Shown here: positions 7,729 to 17,800 of the stretch, piece after piece
Layout: each line of letters begins with the position of its first letter
How positions within the stretch are numbered: position 1 is the first letter of the stretch
Source of the DNA: a virus
DNA length: 64,000 nt
IMG/VR virus record: IMGVR_UViG_3300049432_000156
Coordinates: 13,366 to 77,365 of that record
Strand: one strand, 5' to 3'
Translations under genes and position numbers: made by a program
The notes under the pieces: generated by a model
Database searches by the model: none
What the model was told of the DNA's origin: nothing
What the model saw: the letters and a program-made list of their open reading frames with translations, nothing else

Positions 7729-8534
7729 TTGACACCAGCACAACTAAGAAGGAACAGCTTCGCACGGGTTATTTCCAGACCGGCACAGGCCCTGAACGCA
7801 TCCTGATCCTTGGAAGCTGCCGCACCTTGGCTTTAACCAACTACCTTGATTGCTTCAATCGCCGATTCGGGAATCCGTTCACGATTTATCGAATTGACCC
7901 ACACGACTTTCATTGGAACACACAGGACGAACGGGTGGACATCGAAGCGGCCGTCGCGGCTCAAGAACGGAATTCTCACTTGCTCGACATGCTTCATTCG
8001 ACGCCGATCTTCATCCACGAATATCTGCGTAACTACGGCATGTTCAATACAGATCGTCAGGCGCTGAAAAACATCTGGCAGTTCGGCATTGCTCCAAGGC
8101 TGGACATCTGCCTGCCGAATTGGCACGACAGGTTCGTCTTGTTCCAAGACCAGCTTAATGCCGATACCGCCCTGAAAGGAATGGTGCAGGCAGGCGGGTT
8201 GACCGCCGAATTGTCCTGCCTGATGAGAGATCTCGGCCTCGCCGCCCTGGACAAATTCTACAACATCTGCCGCTTGACCAGCTTTCCGGAGATGGCGGAT
8301 CATTTCCGGGAATGGTGGACGCGCAAACGTTTCTTCTGGACGGGCAACCACGTCTCGCGCCATTTCACGCTCTATCTTTTTCACCAGCTCAACGAGCGTT
8401 TTCTACACCTGAGTTGGGATGACGCGTTCCAGAATGAAATTGAAGCCCAGAACTTGTTTTCACAGCCGCACACGCCCATGACGCAGGCCGACGTGGATGC
8501 CTACGGCCTGAAATGGGATGAGCCTATAATATGA
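7725..8534 (+). CDS. WcbI-like polysaccharide biosynthesis protein
   Basis: ILILGSCR N-terminus and FFWTGNH C-terminal motif reminiscent of WcbI. Confidence 0.5.
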   Translation: MIDTSTTKKEQLRTGYFQTGTGPERILILGSCRTLALTNYLDCFNRRFGNPFTIYRIDPHDFHWNTQDERVDIEAAVAAQERNSHLLDMLHSTPIFIHEYLRNYGMFNTDRQALKNIWQFGIAPRLDICLPNWHDRFVLFQDQLNADTALKGMVQAGGLTAELSCLMRDLGLAALDKFYNICRLTSFPEMADHFREWWTRKRFFWTGNHVSRHFTLYLFHQLNERFLHLSWDDAFQNEIEAQNLFSQPHTPMTQADVDAYGLKWDEPII

Positions 8535-8836
8535 AACCACTCGCAACAACAAAAACCGCCGCCACTGTAATGTGCCGTCCGCAATTCAGGATCGACTGCG
8601 TTGGCGAGGAAGGCCCTCATTCTGATATGGAGAAATATGGATGGGTGCCAAGTGGGGATGACATGCTTTATCTCACAGTGAAAACCTGTGTGAATACATG
8701 GCATTGCATGGTGCCAAGAGCCGCTATGAACGCCGTGTTCGAGGCGATCAACAAAAACGGTGTCACGATTGAATTTTGCGGTTCAGATAGCCGTCAATCT
8801 CCCATGCCGCTAGACCGCCAGCCTCCGCAGCCGTGA
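8531..8836 (+). CDS. Hypothetical protein
   Basis: Last ORF of + operon, converges on giant gene. Confidence 0.45.
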   Translation: MKPLATTKTAATVMCRPQFRIDCVGEEGPHSDMEKYGWVPSGDDMLYLTVKTCVNTWHCMVPRAAMNAVFEAINKNGVTIEFCGSDSRQSPMPLDRQPPQP

Positions 8837-11800
8837 CTGTCTCGGCCTTCTTGACGCGCCCCTGAGCAAGCTACGAGTTCTCAGCCCACGCCGCAGTGAC
8901 CTTGATCTGAACCCGGAGCGCACGCCGCGCGGAGAGCCAAGAGAGAGTCGGCTGCGCGAACCGCCGAATCCTCCGATGTCGGAAAAAGCGCCTGAGCTTT
9001 CGGATGGCACCGCGCCGAAGCCGCGTCCGCCGCCGAAGCTCCGGGCTGTAGCGCCGCCTCCACCCGTGCCGTAACGGCTGGCAATCTGGTTGAAGACAGC
9101 GTTGGCCTCATTCTGCCGTCCGAGCGCTTCAGGAGTCATACGTGAGTAAATCATTTCGCGTTCGCCGTCCGTCAGCACACGGGAGAACACGGCGGACTCT
9201 GGTGCCCGCGTCCGGATAGCGGAGATGATTGCCTGCTCAGGGTTCGGATTGCCCGACGCACGACTCTGCTCAACGGCTTTGGCAAAGGCTTCGTCCGCCG
9301 TGGACCAATCTCCGACTGCCGCCGCATTCAGAATCGTGTTGTAGAGCGGAGTCATGGGCGTGACGCGCAGATCATTGCCTGACGAAGGCTGCCTTCTCTT
9401 GGCTTCCAAACTCTCCGGCGTATTGGCGCGAAGCTCATTGGCGGCGTTGCGCATCTTGACCAAACCCTCGCGTGATGGCGCCCGGTTGATGAGCGCCCGC
9501 GCCACGGGCGAGTAACGCGCCAGGAAATCCACGGCTGGCCCGGCATCACGGCTCTGGTAAATCTTAGCCATTGTTTGAAGGAGGTCCGTGACGTAGTTCG
9601 CGCCGAAGATCGGATTGCGCAGACCGAGTTTACCTGGTGTATCCTTGAACCCTTTGAAGATGCTGCCCGCCGCACCCCAGAAGTTCGCCGCAACAGAGAG
9701 CAGAATCTTCCAGCGATCATCGTCATTGTCCGCGTCCAGGAAATCCGGTTGCGATGAGATCGTGTTGAACAACGCGTCATTCGCACGCTGCCCGGGAATC
9801 CTCGCAACCAACCCGGCTATGCCCGATGCGATCAGGAAGCCGAACACAAACGGCAGATAACGCACGTCACTGCCTTTCTGGCCGCGGACCTTGGCGAACA
9901 ATTCCTGCAACTTGTCCGTGTTCCAAAGAAACCATTGGCCGAGCACACCGCCAATCTGCCGTTCTTTGCTGCCCATGAAATACGTCGGCCTGCTCGTCGG
10001 CGTGCCCATGTTCGTGTCTTCGGCCATTTTGAACTGCAACGCATACCGCTGCGCCGGGGTCATAATCGGCGCTGTGCGGTTCCCGTTGGGATGCGTCTTG
10101 TTCCACCAATACTTCAGCATGATCAGGTCAACCGGATCGTTGTTTTCCAGGAACATGTTGCGAAGCTGGACAGCGGCTTTGCGCATCGTCAGTCCGACGA
10201 TGATTGGGTCTTTGCCCGTCAATTCGGCAGGTGACAGGAGTTCACCCTTGCCATCCGGCCCGATCAAAACACCGGAGAACCGTTTGTAGTTGTCGCCGTA
10301 TTCCCGATAGAGCCTTGCGAACTCCGGATCGTTCTCAAGCCGGCTGTCGAATGCGCGCATCGCCCGGACTTCCAAAGACCTTCCAAGGCTTTGCTCCTTG
10401 GCGATGGATTTGACATTGATCCAGTTATCGACGGAGCGCATGAAGCCATGCCGCAGTAAGACTTGTCCGGCGCGCGGGATCATCCCGATGTAACCGAACG
10501 CTTCCTTGCTCCCGCTCAGACTTGGGTCGGCGTGAATGTCACGGAACGCGGCCATTGCCGCTTTGAAGTTTTCCGCCAGCGTCCATTCCGCATTGGTGCC
10601 CATCGCTTCCCGGTAAGAGAACCGGTCGATCATGCCCATCCTGGCCTGTTGCTCTCGGTCGGCAGCTTCCTGAGCCATGCCGGATACGATCTCCGTTGCC
10701 GCTTCTCTCAGGTCGCGATTGTCCAACAGCCGTTTGACGGCGTTGGTCTTCATTGCACGCAGAGCTTTAGCGCCCGGGCGAAGACTGACAGGTTCGCCTT
10801 TCCACTTCAGATACGGCACTTTCAATTCCGCCAGAGCAGCAGTTTTTATGGCCGTGCGCACCCAATCTTTTACGAGATGGCCTGTCACCCACAACCAGCC
10901 GCCTTTGCGGATCTCCGCCGTCTTCAATGCCCACATGAACTCGCCTGAAACGCCGTTCGTGATCAAAGTCATCGGTGCCAGGAGCACGTTGCTGACGGCG
11001 AAATTCCACCACGGCATGAACATCCGTGACGCGATGTCATCACCGAAGAATCCCTCGCCGCGTTTTGCGATGTCGGTGACGTTGTTTAACAACCTGCCAA
11101 TGCGGGCGATGTCCCGGTTCACCTCCCAGATCGCCATCTGATGTTTCTGCACGGACTCGTTTCCGGAGACGATGGCTGCGTTCAGCTTGCGCCGGGCCTG
11201 CCAGCCGGTGCCACCGTAAGCGTCCTTCAACGTCTTGGACAACGCGGTCTTCTCCGCGAGTAACGCAGTGTTCAACGACCGCAGGCTGTCGCGGTACTTG
11301 ATGACGTAGAATTCTAGGGCATTGGCGCCTTTGCGGAAGGCATCAACCGGGTCGGTTGTTCCGTACCGGTACAACGTGCCAGGAGCAATCTTTCCGCCGC
11401 GCGGCTGGGTGAATTCGTTCTCATGCACGGTGATGTCCACATTGGCCGCGGTCGCTTTCCTTGCGTTATCATCCGAGACCTTCAGCATGAACTCGTTCAC
11501 TTCATCAATCAGCTTTCGTCGGACTTCGCCAGCAGTTGCCGGTGGCAGTGGCGGGTCAGAGCCTGCGATTCGCTGGTTATACCGATCTGCAATGAACTGC
11601 GCTAACTCATCCAGGCTGGCCGGCATCCGGCCCTCTCTGAACAAAATCTCGCGTTCGTTCCGTATCCGTTTGTAATCCTCAGCGAATTTGCCTTGGCCAA
11701 GCTGGAAATAAGGGCGCTCGTCTTCAAGGACGTGCCCGAGCACGACGCGTTTGTACCGGTCCCCGGCGCTGAGGAATTGGTCGATCTGATTATTCTCCCG

Positions 11801-14800
11801 GGCGCTCTTCCACAACGCCGGCAGTTCACGGCTGCTCGGTGGCAGAAATCGCGGTATCGTTCCCGGCCCGCGCGACAATGGCGCCCTGAACATCCTGAGT
11901 TCATGCTCCTTGATCATGGCCGGGTCCTCGGCCAGGGCGGATTCAAACCCGGCGCGCTGCGCCAGGCGGACAAGGTGTTGCTCGAATTCGTACTGCGTCC
12001 GGATCGCCGCCATGTCTTCTTTGGTGATGACGTGTCCGAATGGTGTGTGCTCGCCGACGTTGTATAACGTCTGTCCAGTGTGCTGCCGAGAATCGTGGAT
12101 GAACGAAGCCACTTCATCGCGCCAACGGTCCAGCGTCATCCCCGGATGCGACCGCATCGCCTTCAGGTTTGTGCCCCGAATGATTTCATCGAACTTCTTC
12201 TGCAACGCATTGTTGGTCTTGAGCGCAAGCGAATAAGCGTTGCCTGCCCTTATCATCTTTAGATTGAGAGCGCCGGGTATCCTTGAAGCCGTCGTTGCCG
12301 AGATCAATCCGTACTTTGATTTGGTAACGAAATTGAACCACTTGATCGGGTTGAACCAAGACGGATCAGTCAGCCGATCGTTGTCCGCGTGCGATGCCAA
12401 GATTTGAGCATCGATGTATTCCGCGAAGTGCATCCAACCAGCGGCTTTGATTGGATCGGCATCCGGTCGCGCCGCGTATTCAAGCCCGGCATCCTTCAGC
12501 GCGTTCAGTTTCAGGAGCAATTCAACCTGCCCACCAAACCGGTAATCCACTTCAACGTCAGCGCCGGTCAACGGATGCTCGTATGTGACAACGACACCGT
12601 CCACCGTGTTCTTGATGTCCTTGATTGCGCCGGTTGCACGCTGCATTTGCTTTCCGAAAGCCACGAATTCTGGGTTGGCATCATGTTCGTTTAGGAACTG
12701 CGCGGCTGCTTCCAGATTCGCCTTCTTTTCAGTCAACGTCTCGATGCGCCGGTCGAGCCGCCGCGCAGCGGCACTGAGCGCATCGGATTCGACTTGAGCC
12801 TTGGCATACTCCTTGAGAATCGCATTGAAACCGCGCGGCGTCCTCGAACGAAGATCGTTCAGGTAATCCGCGTTGAACCGCCGCAACGTTCCGTCGGCCG
12901 TCATCTGGACTTCGAGCAATGCCTGCCGCCAATCGCCAATCTGACGAAGACCCCAGAGCGTTGCCTCGATGACATCGCGCCCAGCGTTGATGGCCTTGTT
13001 GCCTTCCGGTGTTTGGATTTGGTCAAGATGCGTTGCCAATTGGCGGACCCAGGCGCGCACCGTGAGCGGTGGCGATAACCCAGGCGAACCAGTTTGAGTC
13101 GCGATAAGCTCAAGAACGTTTTCGCCAGGCCGTTCAGCCGTCAAAGCAGCGCGCCCGACCAGCCGGGTTATTCCACTCAACGCCCGTGCGTGCGCCACGG
13201 GTTGACTGAGCAAATCATTGAGTTCAGCGATGTGTTCGATGCCTTCGCCGATGACTGCGTTGGTGTGCGCTTTCTCTCCGACAGCGATTTGTTCGGTATG
13301 GATTTTGTCGATGATTTCTCCAAGCCGATTGGTCCGTTCCACCTGCGCTTCGTTGGTTTCCGGTGTGGCCGTGATGCGGTCGGTAATCGCCTGGGCATGA
13401 TCAACGGCAGCCGCCTCCACTTTACTCAGGATTTTCAGCTTCTCCGCCTGGTACAGGTTCCATTCAACAAAGGCATTGTGTGCGTGCTCAGCTTTCTTTT
13501 CCGGCGTGATGTTCGGGTCAGCCATGACCTGGGCGAACGTTGGGCCGGTCTCGCGGTGCGTCCCAATCCTGCCGCCGAACATGTCTTCAAGCTCACCGCG
13601 GATGCCGGCGGGCAAAGCTGTGTAGCGCGGAATCACCGACGACGGCACCAACCCCTTGTTGATGACCGACGCCATTGCGCGGAAGTATTCCGGTGTCCGG
13701 GTTTCCTCCAACGGTTTGACGTACTCCTCGACGGCCTGGCGGGATTCCAGGGCGGCTTGGGTGCCCCTGCTGCGGCTTATGCTGGGAGGTTCCGCGCGGG
13801 CCTGCCCGGCAAGGATGTCCCCGATTGGGCCAGCAGCGCGATCTGCCGGTCCAGTTCTTCCAAGGCCGGCACGTCCTTGTTCCGGAATGCCGACAACTCC
13901 CGGCGCATTGACTCCAAGTGGACCTTCACCAGGCCGTGCAGCTTCACCGGGTCGTTCGGGGCCAACGGCTGAAGAAGATTGAAAACTCTCGGCACGATTC
14001 CTTGTATTGTAATTTTGGAGTCGGTCATTGATTTCATTGAATGCCTCCCAGTTTGTAGTAAAAATCTTGTCCAATGTCCCCTCAAAAATCTCGACGGGTA
14101 TGTCCGCCGAGCGGAGTCTGGCATAGTTGTTCGCGAGTTCAGCGGTAAAATCGGCTCCTTCTGTCCTGGCGGCAACGTGGGTTATTTCGTGAATGAAGAT
14201 GTGCAGAGCTTCCGATGCCGCCGCTGCCGGGCTGCTCCTACCCGCGTTGGAGAACAATCCGAGGTTGAACCATATCGCCCGCATCGGCTTTACCATGTTC
14301 AAGCCGCGATAATTCTTGTCGAAAGAGATTCCGCCGAACCATCCGGTGATCGAAGCGTCGGTGAGTTGTTCGTACTCGCCTCCAACTTTCTTGCCCCATT
14401 CGCGCATGAAGTTCAGAAGGACATTGCCGGTCTCGGTGATCAGTGTCCCGGCGCGCGGAATGTCGTCAAACTCCACGGCGACGTTGTTGTGAAGATTCGG
14501 CACAGACGGGTCCATGTCGCTCACGTCGATTTCCGTTTTCTTCAGGTCAATCTCGCGCTTTGCCTCGAAAGTCTTTCTGACGTACTCCTGCTTGCTCTCG
14601 GTGATCGCGGTTCCGTCCCTGTAGTGAATGACGACATCCGGGCCTCGAAAATCCACGGACTCAATTTCCTTCGGCTTTCTGATCGGAGGCGGCGGTTCGG
14701 ACTTCTTTCGGAAATAACGCCGCTCCATGTCGGCCATCTCTTCCGGCGTCCAATCTTTCATCGGATCAACCTTCTCCAATTGCCGAATGCTGGTGAACGC

Positions 14801-17800
14801 TTCCTTGGCCTGAAGCAGTTCCTGCTCAACCGCCATCCGTTTCAGGAACGTGTACATCGCGTCCACGTCCTCTTTGATCGTCGCGCGCCAGCCCTCCCTT
14901 TGATTGTTGAATGGGTACGCCGCGTTGTCCGTCTTCACCTTCGGGCGGACATCCAGGATGAGATTGTACGGAAGCTTCTTGTCGTTCCAGCCATAAGGAT
15001 CAGCCTCGAATTGTTTCAGCCCGGCGCTGAGAACATGCGTTGTCGGGTAGTCTCTCTTTTCTCGCGGGTCAATGTAGAGGTCGATCCTGCCCCATCCGAA
15101 ATTGAATTCGTTCTCCTTCTGCCAGCCTTCAAGTTTAACGCCGATTGGAAGTTCCGTGCCGTTGAATATCACCCGCACCGGGCCGATGAGCGGTTGAGTC
15201 AGGAAGCTCGGATAGCTGTTGAAGTAAATGGATTTCTGTTCCCCGTAGGCATCGGTGTAGTTTTCCGGAATCTTAACCGTGACCGTCGTTCCGTTCGGTT
15301 CATCGGTGCGCTCGGTCTGGATTTTGAATTTCGAGCTTCTGATTTGATCGGAGCTTGCATCCACCACCGATTTCAGCCCGTTCCGGTTGCTCTCAACCCG
15401 GATGTGTTCGGAGCCAAGAATGAACGCCATCTTCGCAAGGCCAAGCCCGCCCGAAGTATTTTCCAGCGAACCTGTCTTGTAGGTTCCGCCGATGGTGAAA
15501 AAGGCCGTGCGGATAATCTCGGGCGTCATGCCAGTGCCGGTATCCTTCACCATCAGAGTCCGATTGCTGTAATCGGTTTTGATCTCAATAGTTCCTGGAT
15601 TCTCGTAGGTCGCCCCGGCGCTGCGAGCCGTATCGAATGCGTTTTGGAGAAGTTCCTTGGTCGCCACTTCGACAATTGGCTTGCTGTACATCTGCGGACC
15701 TACCAGAGCCATCAACTGCTTCTTGTTGATGTCCAGTTCGATTTCGACATCGCCAGGACCGGCGCGCAGGATATGCGAACCTTTGTCCTTCAACTCGTCG
15801 AACTGCTCGTCGATTGCGGCTTGGGTGCCGCGTTCATGTCCCGTATGAATGTAATCTTTAGCCAGCCCGTAAGAGATAGAAGTGTCTGTGCCGAATACTG
15901 CGTTTATACCATGCTCGATAGCGTAGTCCTTGACTGCCCGTCTGGCCGTATTGGTTAAAGGTTGAGTAGCATCAACCAACAATGTGTTGCTTTTCCTGTC
16001 GAAAACTCCCCTGGCGTAGCGTTTCTTGTCCAATTGATACTCAGGAACCCCTTTACCCGGCTTGAAGTCTTCACCCAATAATCGCCTTGCGGTGAATTCA
16101 TGCTCGAACATGCTGACTGGTGTAATATCACCTTCGGGTGATACCCACATACCGGACGGACCTTCAAGGCCGGCTTGAGTGTCATGCGATAGGAATGACG
16201 TTTCTGGCGTCACATCGTATTTCCCATCCAGAATCGTCCGTTGGAGAATGTCCGCCTGCGTGCGTAGGCCGGGGACACGCTGCCGGATGGCATCAAAGAT
16301 GACCGCCAATATCTGCCGCACCTTGGACAGGAATGCGTCCTGTGATGCGAGGATTTCCTTGGCCTGACCCCAAATGCCTTGGCGGTCGCGCGCAAACCGA
16401 TCCGTCATCATGTGCGCGAAGAACTCCTCTGAACTCGACCAGTTGTAGAACTTATTGTCGATGCCTTCGTCGATGAACCGGCGGTATCCCATCTCGCCAG
16501 CAGCCAGTTTTTGAAGGTCAGCCAAGTCCTTGCCGGTTGCCGTTTGGAGCGCTCTGGCAATCGCATCATCACGCCATCGCTTCACGTTCAGCCGGTCGCT
16601 GTCCTGAACCATCTCCCAAAGCGGGTGAAAGAATTCGTGGGCGCCGACAAATGGATCACGATAACGCGCAACCTCAATAATCTGGTCCACTGGATCGTAG
16701 AATCCGGCAAGTCCACGATCTCGGCCTTGAATACCATCGACCAACCGGAATCGAATCTGACGACCATTGAGATAGCCAGCTACCGGACTGTTCAGAATAT
16801 CCCGCAGAACGGCTCTGTGTTCTTCATCCAACCCGTTTAGCGGATGCTCAACCAAAGCTCGCGCCTCTTGAATGTTCGCGGCTTCTTGAGAGTTCTGTGC
16901 GGTGCCAGGAATTCCTTCCCAGCCTTTTGGAACAGATGCTTGCAGAGGTCGTTCGTATGAATTCCTCAAACTGAAGATGTCAAAGGATTGACCTTCCGGC
17001 GTAACGCCTGTTGCGCGTCCTCTGGCATGAAGCGCCAACTTCAAATCTCTCGGCGATGTTCCTTCGGTGTCTGTGAATGGTCTGGCCTTTTCCGCCGACT
17101 CGACCATCCGCACCCAGCGTTCGTTATTCTCCAACGCGAAAATCCGCCCTTCGCGGAAGTCCTTGGCGAATTGTCTTGCCGCTTCCTCTGTGCGGAATGT
17201 CGCCACGTCCAAGCCTCGCAAATCTCCTTCCAATCCGGCAACGACGCGCCAATTTCGGGTCACTTGATCTTGCTTGTAATCCGACCACACCTGCCCCCAT
17301 CGCCTGTTCTGCGTATTCCACGACCAAATATCTGAGGCTCGTTCTCTGGCTGCATCCGCTTTTGTGCGCTCGTATGCGGCTTCCAACGCTTGTTTAATTC
17401 CTCCGGCTGCATCGACATCCGTCTGAGTCAATCCGTAAGGCAGCGGCAAATCGCTTAGTCCGCCGCCTTGAGAGATTGCCATCTGCCACTCCAAATCATT
17501 CCCGTCCTTCAACCGGCGCAGGTCATTGACCAAGGCGTCTGCCGCAGCTACCGGATCAGGAAGCTTTTTGATCTCCTCGTTCTCTCGCAGCAATTCGTCG
17601 CGGATGCCGTTCCAGAAAGCGTCATCAAGTTCTTCGGGTCGGCGGCCAAGGAGTTGTTCGACAAGTTGCGGATTCTTCTCGCGAAGGTCATCGAAAGCCC
17701 GGCGCGTGATGTCCAGCATCGGACGGCGGCCGCTCACCGGTTGGCCGACTTTCTTCTGCACCTTCGGCAGTTCTTCCAGGGGCACTGGCTGTAGCGGCGT

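Noticed and set aside
13979-15958. 659-aa antisense ORF over the GHKL module
   Set aside because: In-register shadow of a strongly biased sense gene; V/H/R/L-rich unnatural composition and no motifs
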